NCBI GenBank assembly: GCA_973895155.1
Contig: OZ316892.1
Location: forward strand, 8,539,251 to 8,603,250
Direction: 5' to 3'
DNA: 64,000 nt
Origin: Marsupella aquatica
Lineage: Eukaryota; Plantae; Marchantiophyta
In this document: piece by piece, positions 35,501 through 48,810 of the stretch
Layout of the letters: each line of letters begins with the position of its first letter
Position numbering within the stretch: the first letter of the stretch is position 1
Made by a program: the position numbers and the translations under genes
The notes under the pieces: model-generated
Databases searched by the model: none
Told to the model about the DNA's origin: nothing
The model's input: the letters and a program-made list of their open reading frames with translations, nothing else

Positions 35501-38500
35501 TTTTTCACTGAAAAAGCTCGAGTGAAACAATATCTATCAAATTTTCTTTACTACTTTAGGGGCAGGGAATTAAATGTGCATGCTCGTTCGAATGTTCTTT
35601 GCCTTATGATCCGGGTCCAAGAGCACTATGCAGCAATGGCAAGAGCATAAATGTCAGCACTAGGCATGCATTACTCACAAAGGTTCATCATTGATGACTT
35701 GGTGAAAGGCAGCAGCCCTTGCAGTCTCCTAATTTATAAAAGTGAATTTATAAAAGCGGAGGCTGTATTTATATTCAACAAGTAAACTCACAATGTTTGG
35801 TTCTGTTAAATGGAGCACTGCCTTTAGAGAAGTTGTGCAACTAGCTTGCACGCAGAGAAACCTCTGGTTCATATTTCTGTAGTTTTTATGACTACTACAA
35901 GCACCAATGGCATATAGGTGCTTGTTAAATAACTTGGCATGTATAAAAACTATAAAATGATTATAATTGGCATGTTTATTATGAATAATTTGGCATGCTT
36001 TTTTCTGGCCTTGAAAGCCGAAAGCAGGTCCATCCAACAACTGCTCTGGAGCATGCTATTTTATGTAGTCACAAGGGGACATGCTTTTGGCTTTACAATT
36101 TGCATGCTTGTTAAATGATTTGGCATGTTTGGCACACAACCCATATTAGATGCAGGAGCAGCATCTGGATCGGAGTAGAATTATCTGAGCAGGCTTCATT
36201 CTCAAGCAGTGCTCTTGAACTTGAAACCTCCTGGTTACAACTCACGCTTGGCCACTAAAGCTAACAGCTAGGCAACTCAGGTTGTTTCAAAGATATAAAT
36301 AGGATTTTTTAACAAAGAGGGTTTTTGCAAGGGCTACTTTGCTTGTATTACTTTTTCATGAAATAAACTTTTTGTGATAACTAGAGGTGAAGTCTCTCAA
36401 CTCAATACAAAGGAAGAGGGGAAATTTCCCAAATTACCCCAAGAGGTTGCCAAATATACCAAAATACCCCAAATTTGCAATTGTCCCACCCAATTCTCTG
36501 GAATGCAGCTGTTTCTTATCCCACTAGAGTTGGGATCTAGGCTTCTAGAGTATAGCCTCTAAATGGTCACTATGGGCCCCACCCAAATGTATGTGTATAT
36601 AAAAAAGTATGTGCATGGAGACAATGATAGGGCCTCACCAAAATTCATGTGCATGGATGTATGGAGGAAAACAAATGTGCATGGAGAGAATGATGTATGT
36701 TAAAATGATTGCATGTACCATGGTTTCTATCATCACTTCAAAGCGCACAGTGGCTCTTAGCAAAGACAAAACTGAAAGTATGGTGGACAAAAAAGATGAG
36801 GCAAAGATGAAAGGGAAACAGGGTAGAATTATTTTTTGGGCATAGTTTTTTTTTTTCATTGATCAAGGGGGGCATGAATCAAATTCTGGGGTGTGAGTTA
36901 TTGGGGGTTTTGTGATGCAGCTAAACCATGCTTCATGTGTGTAGCAACATAATTTATAATACAAGAAAAATCTTAATTTATTTCTTACGCATTATCAATA
37001 GAAGAATGGGAAAATAACATAAAAAAATACCACCCAAAGGTATTGGGAATTTATAATACAAGCAAAATGGGAATAGAGGCATAAATAAACTATAAGTGTT
37101 TGGTAATTTGCAGCACAATTTATTTTAATTTTCAGCTGTTTTGGTTTCTTGACCCTTGCTCCACTAATTTTTAGCCATGAAACTTTGTATGCTAGACCTT
37201 CCTCTTGATGGAGAAATCTCTCAAGTGGGGTTTTTCTTTTTGTCTATTGATACATAATTATTCTTATTACACTAGGGAATACATTTTGTCAAAACTTTAT
37301 TGTACTCATCTCTATTCACATTCAAAGAACAAGTAGTAAAGGCTAGTAGGTAGTAAAAATTGATAGCTTGATCTGTTGTTTTGCAATCAATGTACATGTG
37401 GCTTCATAGTACAAAACACTGGAGATTATACACTGTTGCAAGTAAACAGAGAGCCACTGCCCCTGTGAGAAACAAGGGAGACCTGAGAAACAAGGGAGAC
37501 CTTGTCATAAGGGAGACATTGCAAGAATATTTTAGTTTGTAAACTTAGAACTTTAAGAATATTTAGGAAAGTTTGGTAACCTGCAACGATAAGTTTGTAA
37601 TTTCGTGAAGAAAGAATAGACAGGAAGATTGAATAAGTTATAAGAACGAGACTTTAGTTCCCAACAAGTGAATACAGAATGACCCGTCAATATGAAGTTG
37701 TTTGAAGAAAACTCTACACAATGTCTGGACTCAGAACCCTCGTGTGGAAGAGGGCGTAACTGAAGATGGAGCCTGTACAAGTGGAAAGTGATGATTGGTT
37801 GTGAGTCTCTAAAAATGGGGCTGTGCCTTGAACATCCTCACCTTGATCATTTTTCTTCAAAGGAGGGACACCCTTGAATGAGTTAAGAAGTAGATATTTG
37901 AGGGGCATAACCATACAGGGGCTTTGTTAATGTGCCCCATAGGAGGCATCATCAGTGGGCACAGTGAATTCATAGTGGGGCTTTTTCACTGGCACTGTGA
38001 ATCTTTTTGAAGGAAGGCAAGGTGACACGGGAGTCGTAAGTATACTAGATGTCTCATTGCTATAAAAACTTATGCTAAGTGTCCAATCTTCTTGATAACA
38101 GGGAGAATCATTAAATACATGTGATTAAATCAGAATTATGACATTATTCATCATGAAAGTGGGTTCTATATCCATTTGAGATTCAAATTGTCAGTATCAA
38201 AATTTATATCTAATGGACAACATTTTTGGATATTGATCTCCATTTGCATAGATATACATACATGTTTAATGTCAATGCGGTTGTATGTCTAATATTTTAA
38301 GCGAACCTTATTGATGGGATGTCATAGAAACACATCAAACAGATGTAAGAATTTGCACTAATCTACTTTAAATTCAACAAACATCCCGACAAACATCAGA
38401 ATGACCCAAATAATTTTGAGATGTTTGGGTTTGTTACATCATTTAAAATGATCTGTTTGGGTCTCTCTGAGCTACTTGTCAACCACTACCCATGTGGGTT

Positions 38501-41500
38501 TGTTTTTCTACATTTGCCATATCAGTTTACCATATCATTTGCAAATTGATAGGCCAAATTCAAAAAATCTCCAAAAGTTCAACGAATGGCTACATCAGAG
38601 GGTAGAACTTAAAATTAACCTGGCTTATCGAATGTGAAAAGACTGAATTACAATTAACAGTAGTGAACGCTTATCAAAATTCCAAATGACCTCCGGTTAT
38701 CAATAACCTTTTTCTAAAAAGAAAAATTAGCCTAGGCCAAGACAGAAGGAAGAAAATAAAACTAATCCACTGCTTTATTAAAAAAAAGCTCCAGAAGTTT
38801 GGTAAGTTCCAACGGCCAATGCCAGCAGAAGTGCGAGCTATGCAGTCGTACCCCTCCGGACACATTAACTCCTTCTTAACTTGCTAGCCAACCACAGTAT
38901 CCTTCTTCGTAACCCGGGTCACCCATACATGATAACATGAACCCCTGTGTGGGGCCGGCACTCAGCAGGGAACGCCCATACCAACGGCACATCCGACGGC
39001 ATAACCGGCGTCAACAACCTTAACTAACAGACCTTCAGGTAAAGCAGAGTTTAGCCTCTTTACCAGCCTCTCATGAATGTCACTGTTCTCATCGTGACCG
39101 TCAAATAAAACAATGGACGTGATAGATTATTCTATCTGTTGTTCCCAAGTTTCTGAAAACAACATCATAGACTTATCAGTGTTCATGCGCCTGAATTTGA
39201 AATTTGAATTACAGCCGAACGAATACCGGTAATGAGATTATTTCCGTGCTACTCCGCAGATATCGGTGTTGAACGTGCTCAGGATTGCTGCTAAAAAGCA
39301 GTTAATATGTAAATACAGGAGTCTCCGTTTCTGTCTTTCTGAGGCGTCCCTCCAGCTGGCTGTGTGAGGATCGGGGGGTCCGGTGGAACCGTGGAAGCTT
39401 GAAGACCCACGCATGGCATGGCGTATGCATGCATGCACTGCTCATGAGGTACCCGGCTCTTGGGGTGCCTGCATTATTATCGTGATGATGGCCCACATTG
39501 GTACTGTATATAGTATCTAAGCGAGAGGCTCCCATCCTGCTAACATGCACGAGTTTTTCTTTTCCTTTTGTTCATTTGCTTTGTCCTTTAGGCTGGGCCT
39601 GAAAAGCATGCATGAGGATGGCCTTTCGAGGAGTGGGGGCCCTTATGAATTATTTTCACCACAGCAAACTAGAGGGCCCCTTCTTGCTCTAGAACATAGA
39701 CTCGGAATCAAATATCTTTTGAAACTCAATTTGATAAATATAAATCCCTTGAATGAAGGTGCAAAAGTTTGAAAATGTTTGGACCACCTCTAGCTCTGGA
39801 GGCAGTCTTAAATTTTATACAAATAAGCACCAGTTGGTATCAAGGAAAGACACCAATGGGCCCCAAGTTCTTGTAAATCCGAGTGCAGCCCGGTACACTC
39901 ATATGGGGTCCGAATTTAATCCTAGAGTGAAAAAAATAGATGCCATACCTGAATGGGCCCCAATTCTTGTCAAGCGACCTGTAGCTCTTTCCATTGATTA
40001 AACTGTCCACATTTGATCTAAGCCAATATAAGTAAAGGTAAACTCCTAAAGTCTGGTAAAGTCACCCAAAGTTTCCTTTTTCTTTTTTGGTTCTTCTTGT
40101 CCTTTAGGAGCTGGGCTGGGGGTCTGGAAAACATGCGTGCGTTTATTGAGTTCCATAGCAAAACGTAGCATAGCATAGCGTCATTTTCATTGCTGGGTCC
40201 AGCGGACCGGCGGAGTATGACCGTCGGTACGGGGCGGCGGGAACGTCTTTCCTTGTCCTACGGTACAAAGAGAAAAGGAGCCCAGTGGAAAAGATACCTA
40301 CGGAAGTGCAACGAAAAAGCTGCCATTTCCTACAGCGGAAGAGTTGATCCACTACTGCAGTACATCACAAAGTGCTACTATGGTACCTATGGTTGAGAGT
40401 GAGTTCTGCGCCACTAGTGTACTTTCGTTTCTTGCATGGTTCCATTTTCCTGTTTGTGTGGACCTCAGAAGGGCATTTTGGTCTCGTTTATCTTTCTCTC
40501 TTCATGTCTTTTGGAACTATGCTGTAAAGCATGGCCAAATTATTGGTCCACTTTCCTGCATGGCATTACTTGGTTGTTTGTTTGCTTTTTGTTTGGTGGG
40601 TACCACTCAACCCCTCATGAACAAGCCACGCATGCATGGATTAATGTGTTCTACTCGGGAGCTTCAGGCCTCCCAGAGTCCCAGTCCACCTCTTCAGGAC
40701 CCTTTGATGCAATTTACTCCAGTCCGAAGTTTTACCGTGCTTTCCAGGTTTTAGTTCTTTTGCTTTAGTTGGAGGCCCTCAGGCTCTTTAGGACAATCTT
40801 GCATGTGGACGGTCCTGAAAAACTTAGATAACTTGCAGAGTGAAACTTCCTCTCCTGAGACAGTCCTCACAACAGTAATCAAGGACTTTGAAGGGCAAAA
40901 TCAGGAAACTTACCGGCCCTTCCCCATCCCAACCTCTCATGTTTGAATCCAACAGAATCCACTTTTCACTGGAAGAGTTCAGCTAAATCGTCCTGCACAA
41001 TCAAGCAACAGGATACGACAGAGAGACTATGTGACTGCTCCAACAGATTACATGTCTTTGTGCTAGTAGATTATGTGGAGATTTTCTGAGGACCTCGCAC
41101 ATGTTTTTCCTTGGTTTTCATCTTGGTTTTGTGTCTCCGAGGGGATCTAGTCTCCCAATTAAGGGCTTTTTGTTCATTGGCAGTAGGAGATGTATAATGC
41201 ATGATTTAAACGTCAGCCTTTGGCTGGGTTGCTTCCACATTGCCATTCTCACTATGCTAGGCTCGACTTCCACAGTGCAAAGGGATATTCTGCTATTTGG
41301 CAGTTGACGCTTGGATAGGTCACACCATGCAACTCGAATAACCCAAAAACTTCCCAGACCGAAAGTGTGATGATTTTACAAAGAACAGACATTGTGACAG
41401 TGATCCACATCCAGGTTATGGGTGGTCTATCTGAGTTATGGTTTGTCTGAGCTAATATTTCCATATATTTGAAAATAAATTATTAATCTCTTCAATTTTA

Positions 41501-44500
41501 TGGGAAACACAAATATTGGTATCCTCTATTGTGCATGGCTACGTGGATAGTATTGGTTCTTTCTTTATTGTTTGGTAGGCACCCACTCACACCATAATAA
41601 ACCAACCACTTTAGCTAGCAATTGGCAAGGGACTTCCACAATTCCATGATACGCAGTACTAATGACACCGTGACGTACACCTATTTCAAACATTAGGAAT
41701 CTTGACTTGCATGAGATCCCAACTTGGGGTTTTCCCATTTGTCTCCCACTTTATTGGATCTTTTGCCTTTATTGGATCCTCTATTCTAGCATGGCCCTTT
41801 TGTTCTTTGGCAGTTTGATCTGACACTTAAATATTTATGAGCCAATACCCGTGCACGAGAAGGGCTCTCTGTCCTAAGATTCCCATGCTAGTCTTATTCG
41901 TCACAAGTGAATATCTCAAACATTTGATGCAAGAAAAATTACTCCTTATATATACTTCATACCAGGGAGTAGGTCATGAATGGTAGCCTCAACAGCTAAT
42001 TATAGGGTAGATTTAAGAGAATGTTGCATATCTTTAATGTTTGGTGGGCACCCACCAACACCATAGTGAACCAACCACCACAACACGGTTAAAACTTCGC
42101 AGTTAGCTGGGGCATTTCCACTTTTGCAGGATACCATGCCAAAGGAGATTGTGGTGTGTCGTTATTTGAGAAGTCTTGCTAATTTTTTTGAAGGGAATTA
42201 AAAGCCCGATTATTTTCGAATTATAAATCTTTCAGTAAGCCATTATATGATAATTGGAAAAATGGTTTTTTTTTTTGCATGTAAGCAGGGACAGAACCCA
42301 TAATGCATAGAGAAGGGTATGAAGTCCTCTACTTATGAATCTGTGGCCCTTCACACATACGTTACATGGTGTTTTATTTATTTATTTTTCCTCCAAATAT
42401 TTTGGTAGAATTTATAAATAAATTACTCTCCAGAAGCCCCACGGATGAGGGGAAACATAAGCATACCCACACTACATAAACGTGCACAAAACCCCGACCA
42501 AGAGGCCGTAAGGAAATTCTTTTATGACTCTGTTGTACGATGGCCTTCCTGCTGTACACTCAATATATTGATAGACCTAGATTGAGAAATATATGAAATC
42601 ACACAAAAAGGGAAGCCTCAGTTACAATGTTTGAACCCAATAGTTATCAAACTCAAGGCAGCTACGACACACCCATGCCTCTCTGGGAGTGTTGTTATTT
42701 CTATGTATTTGACTACTCTGTTTGGACGTGTAATATATTGGGATGTCTTCGAACCTCTGGTTGAATGGTCAAACGAAAATAACTAGTGTATCATAACGCA
42801 GTAAAAGTCAAATGAATGCATGTCCAATACATATATATTTCCAAAATCAACCGTTATATATTGTTCAGTGTTTCAGACTGCAGATGAAAATCCCACGTGC
42901 CCAAAGTTATCTGTAGTGTGGTGTCGTTGGCATGCTGCTCAACACCGCCTTAAGTACATATTGTGAATCGCTCGAATGCACGTGGATTTACTCCTTCAAT
43001 TTGTATTCCAATGATACAATTTGAAAGAAGTAGGAGAGTCCCTCAAGACTACACTAGCCATTGTTGGAGTTCCTAATCGTCTAGAAAGACTTTGATCAGT
43101 CTCGTTTACTCTACAGTGTTATTTTGTTGTTCGGTAGAGGTGTAAGGGAGAGTGTACGCCGTGCTTTGATTGTGGGCAGACGTGTAATTGTGTAAGGAAT
43201 AATGTAAGGAGCAGTTGACTTTGTACCATAGCAGAACTTAATGATTGTCAAACAAATTTTACCATAATTGGGTCAGACTCACCCAACTGAAAGGGTTGAG
43301 TCATGCCACCAACCAGGGTGGCACCCTACCCACCAGCTCGTTTTGATCCGCTAAGTTTTGCTAAAATCTGACCAGGCTTTGGCCTTAGTGACCCATATAA
43401 AGTTTATTCTTCAAAACCATTCCCTGCAGTCCCACTTCATTGTGTGCCTTGCCATCATTCAGCCACATGACCACTCGTCCAACTTGCTTGAATCCGTCTT
43501 AACTAACTAAATCTTCTTACATGATGTCTTCTCGTTCACATCCAGTTCTCATTTGCACCCTTATTTACAGAAACTCTTTCTAGTCAGAAACAGACCCTGG
43601 GTGGAGAGAGATTGTCACCCCTCTCCAAGGGATGGTTTGATGAGATTGTCAACCCTCCTTAGGGAAGCCATGGGAGGCGCATGGTTTACAAGCAATGAGC
43701 AACCTTAAGTGAAGCAATGGTAACGTTCACCCCAGTGAGTAATATGGGTGGCCCAGGTGATCTGGTTCCTTTCGTCTGTTTTAGGGTCTTTTATATTGCG
43801 ATGAAGAATCCATTTAGAGTAACATAAATTTGGGCTCTGTTTTTGACGTTATCATTACAGCCAATTTATCTTCTTTTTTTTAATAATACTTTACCTACAG
43901 AGCGGGAGCAACTCCAGTACACCAACAAATGGCAAGCCCCCAACCACGTAACACGCCCGCATCAACCACAACAAGACACATCCTGAGAGCCCCATTTCTG
44001 GAGAAACAGAACGGCACACCAAAACAAAATCACCAAACTCCAACACCCACTGACCCACTTTGGCACCTACGATCTGCTCTACCGTGGGCATTTCGTCCGC
44101 CATCATACGTATCCAACAACCAATGACTGACATGGAGTACGATACCATCTGGACCGCAAGATACAGGTACACGACTGCGGCTCCCATCAGAGACCGTATC
44201 GTTACCACTCACGGCCACAACGTCCCCCGGAGCCCTGGCCCCTGTCCTCCGAGACTCCGACTCTCGGAGCGACCTTCAGAGGCTAAATAACGGAGTGAGC
44301 CCCAAACGAAAGAAAAGGAAATGAAACGCTCAAAAGAAAGGAATGATTCGCAGCACCCGTGCACTGGCAGGATCTTCAGCTGCTGGACCTGTCCTGTCCA
44401 GGAGTAATAGGTACAGCCCGGCGTTTATTCCAATAATGAATTTTGGAGGTAGCCTCCATGACGACTGCCAGTAAGTTTACGCAGGGAGGACTGTTGACTG

Positions 44501-46159
44501 AAGCGAACCATCTCCCATGGAGGACTGGCACAACTCTTCGGTCAGTTATAGTGGAGAGTTGCTCCCAGATTTAAGTTCAATTTTGGCTATTCTTTTCATT
44601 TTATTAAAGTCAAAAACTTAAACCAGGATGGACCACCATGCTGGACACAGTGCTCCCATGGACGCTCCCATGGACCACAATTTGATGGTCCATGAGATTT
44701 TGGGGCCCATAACTTGATGACTATGAGTACTAATATATATATATTTTAATTTTTCACCTGCAAGGCAACTGGAGATAGAGGAGACATAAGCGAATACAAA
44801 CCCAAATTCATATTGACATAGTGAGAATTAATCCAATGGAATTTACCCTTCTACAACCTGTGATGAAAAACTCAAACCAACATGGCTAACAATTTACCTT
44901 CACTTTGATGGAGTGTAGCTTACTTACTCCTCTAGCATATCTCTAAAAGTATAAAGAAAATTGAGTTCATGTATATCAATAGATTAGAATTAAAACCCAA
45001 ATTTTGTGAAATATGGTCCATTGGGTTTCAAAGACCAACCTTGAGCTCGGTCTGGTGGCTTTATTAGGTTTAATGTTTTTGCCCCGGCTGCTTGTGGCTG
45101 CGCTCCCTTGCCTTGTTCGTGTTTCTCGCTCTGCGTGGGTGATTTTTCCCCCCTGGCTTGCTGTAAAGACTTTATTTAAAAGAAAAAAAACAAACCTTGG
45201 GGTCCATGGGGGATTCAAATTCAATTAAAGTATCCAGCAAATATTTAGAGGTAACGATAAAGAAAACGCTGGTACAGTCCCTTTCCCTTGTTTGGCAGCG
45301 GGTACAGCTGCTCAGTGCACCCATCCAGAACGGAAGAGATCTAGTGTCGTTTAGCCGTGGTGACCATGCAGCGACCGTGGTACCGGTCCTCACGTTAGCT
45401 CGAATGGCAACTTACTGTACAGTACGTTCGTGATCCATTCGCTGACCACACTAGGAACTGCAAAGGACAGCGGTACTGCAGTGGGTCGTTATGGTACTAG
45501 CAGGATAGTTCGTTACCATTTTCATCTACGGCTGAATTGGCACACAAAGGTCACCCACTGGATTTGGGGATTATCCCCTCTGAAAAGGCAATTTTAATGA
45601 AAGAAAGTGATCACATCTTTTCAAAATGTGGGTTGTCTTCCGAAGCAAAAAGCATCTGAGCAGATTTTTCAAAAGGTTTCGTTTGCAGTACATGTGGGTC
45701 GTGCTGTCTTACCTGGACATTTGGTCAATATGGAAGTTTAAATCATCCAGCCCGTCGACTATATATTTTTGGTAGGAAAATAAATTAAATGAAGAAATGG
45801 GAAGGGTTTTAGTTTACCGGTCAATGTGGCTTTAGTTCCTTTGCATTAGTGGGGGACTCTCATACTTTTGGGGGCTTTGGTTTTTCTTGGAATTGTTTTC
45901 TTGTTTACTCCCCTTCATTGAGTCTCCTGCCTTTGGCATCCCGTCTCTGGGTTTGATGAAAAATAGGGGAGGGAGGGGGCGGCAGACTTGTCCATGGTGA
46001 GCAAGTGCTGACCCTGATTTGTCTCAACTATAAGAGCCATTGATAAAATCTTGCCTCAAATTCAAGCATTTGTCCCTATTTGTTCTGGAGTTTCTTCAAA
46101 ATTGGAACTTCTTGACCGTCCTACAATCCCGGCATCCACTTCTTCATACTTAGGTTTGG

Positions 46160-46999
46160 CTCGATTTGTTCGTTTTATGTCTTTAAGAACTCAGGAATAC
46201 AAAAAAGCTGGGATTTGTTACGAGCAGAAGAGAATCCAACTCGGAAAAGACTGAAGCCCAAGCATGAGTGTTTCCATTCCTCAAAATAGAATCAACGCTC
46301 TTCTACTGCCGCCAGGTGGCTTATATATGGAGGACACTGGATAAGTGGTGAGAGCATATGTCACTGTGTAGGTCCTTATTCGTTCTGAATTTCCGTCTAA
46401 CTTGGAAAAGCTTGATCATTCTACAATCAATCGCCGCATCACTTCTACATAGTTAGAAATTTGAGATTTTTCAGTCATTTTGTTCTTTTTCTTTCTTTAA
46501 CTCAGAAATACAGAAAAAAAATAGTGGGATTTGTTACGAGTAGAGGAGAATCCAACTCGGAAGGCTAAGGCCCAAGCATGAGAGTTTCCATACCCCAAAA
46601 TAGAATCAAAGCTCTTCTACTTCCGCCAGGTGCCTTAATCTGGAGGCCACTAGATAAATAGTGAGAAAGTGAGTCCTTGTGTAGGGCCATATTTATCCTG
46701 GATTTTTTTGCTAAATTGGAAAAGCTTGACCAACCTACAATCAATCGCTGCATTACTTCTACACCATACATAGAAATCTGACATTTTTTAGTCAATTTGT
46801 TCTTTTTATTTCTTTAACTCAGACATACAAAAACAATAGTGGGATTTGTTACGAGTAGAGGAGAATCGAAAACGGCTGAACCCCAAGCAGGAGTGTCACC
46901 TTTCAACAAAAATAGAATAAAAGCTCGTCTACTTCCGCGAGGTGCATTATATGTGGAGGACACTGGATAAGTAGTGAGAAAGTAAGTCCTTGTAGAGGT
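46160..46999. repeat. ~310-bp tandem repeat, about 2.6 copies
   Basis: GGGATTTGTTACGAG(C/T)AGA at about 46210, 46526 and 46841. AAAATAGAAT-AA-GCTC-TCTACT-CCGC-AGGTG is present in all three copies. Confidence 0.9.
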
Positions 47000-48484
47000 C
47001 AGCCCAATGGCAAATCGAATATCGCGAATCGAGTTGGTGGAATCTTAGGGGGAAATGCACGTTGGGCCAATCCATGTGGAAATGTACATTCGGTGCAGCA
47101 TCCCAGAAGTGAATCTTTGAATAGAGCATTTTGCAATTTTAACAAGGATAAGGAATCACTGAGAAGCCTGGTGTCAAATCTCACTTGTATTAAAGAGATT
47201 CTCAGTTTTTCAGTGTAAGTTTATTTCAAAAGACAAAAGATATCCCCGGTCTGTTTCCTCCGTCAAAATAAGAAACAGACATTCTCAGTTGTTTGGGACC
47301 TTATGATCACTTAATACACTATCTTGGACGGGAAGATCACACTCAATCTAATTGACTTCTGGTACCTTTCGCAGTTTTGTAATAGATCGTCCAAGCTCTC
47401 ACATGCCCAAAGGTCAAGATGGCCCTTGAGGAAATTGGGTGATATTGACCTACTGACTCATAAAAAAAATCAGATTGGTTGGGTTTGGCCGCTCCATGGT
47501 GCCACTGAAAGTCGTTCTCTAACAAGCGTCCCTTGCTGGCGGCACTCTAGGGGCAGGGTGGGGGCATGTTACAACCACAGCTACACCAGATCACGGGCTA
47601 TCGGGCAGGGCAAGTTACTGCTGTTTAGAGGGTTGGTTGGTTTGGTTGGTAGTTGCAGTTCTAGGCTCGATGGCTTGGCTGCTTTTGGAGCTCAGCCAAC
47701 TTGGCGGAGATTTGGCAGAGAGGAGTGGTTACAGCCTGGTTACAGCCAACTTGGCATGTCTGTTCCTGCTTTTCATCAAGTTGGGTTACTTGACGAAGTA
47801 ATAATAAGCCAGCTTTTAGAAAACTGCTCTGGAGGCGCAGCCAATGCGCTATTGTATGGGAGGTCGCTCAACTTGGGGGGATGGGGAGGGGGGGGGAAGC
47901 TCGGTAGCGGGTGGGCGACCACAGCCCAGTTCGTGGTGAAACGTTGGTGGGGCAGTCAAATGCGGTACAAGTAGACTATTCCTACTAGAGGGTGAGGTTG
48001 CTCAACCTGTTGGTTGGTTTCGTTTCATTTGAAACCATATCCAGATGTGAAGGTTTATTTTATTGTATTTTTTTTGTATTTTACGTGACAGGGGTAATGT
48101 GCAACATGAATGCGAAGGCACCTGCAGTGACAAAGAGTTCAGCCAATCATTATTTTGACTTGGTTTAGCTTTACTTACCAGGCAATTTTAAGAAATGGAT
48201 TTTATTTTAGTTTCAAATGCACCCTATTATAATAATTAAACCCTACTAACAGAAGCGAGCCTGCCCCAAAAAGAACAATGGCTAAAGGAGCCCTTAATTA
48301 CCCAGTAGGCAAGTATCTACAATACAGGGAGTAAAATTTGGAGCTATCTTTGAGATTATGGCTCTCCCGTATTAGAGGCAACTGAAACCTGCTGGTTATG
48401 GTGCCAAGCAGTAGCACCTCAACTTGGCATTTATTTGGGAATTGAAACAGCCACGCAACTGGCAGAAGCTTCGCTTGATGGCTA

Positions 48485-48810
48485 ACCCACAGCCATGAAC
48501 ACAGGAGACAAAGTAGCTCTAGATGGCATACCTATTTTGGCTGTGGCCACTCTGGGGTGCTTTAAAGGTGTCTATACATTATTGTATTAGAGAGCCTCAA
48601 TTTTGATTTCCCCCTTATTTTTTTCAACTCCCTTATTGGAGGGCTATCTCTCCATTTCGACTCCCTTCAATGGACAGTATTCAACTTGGCTTGATGGGTA
48701 TTGTCTTGGTGTTTGCGCACAGCCATGACCACAGGTGCCAAAGTAGGTTACATGCCCATGCATATTGGGTGCTTTAGAGGAGTCTCAATCCATTAGTCTT
48801 AGAGAGCCTC
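48485..48810. repeat. Diverged duplication with ~230-bp period
   Basis: ACAGCCATGA(A/C)CACAGG...CAAAGTAG at about 48489 and 48719. GGGTGCTTTA...TTAGAGAGCCTCA at about 48555 and 48767. Confidence 0.65.

Noticed and set aside
47324-47974. 216-aa plus-strand ORF
   Set aside because: TTG start, G-rich biased composition, no domain or splice support.
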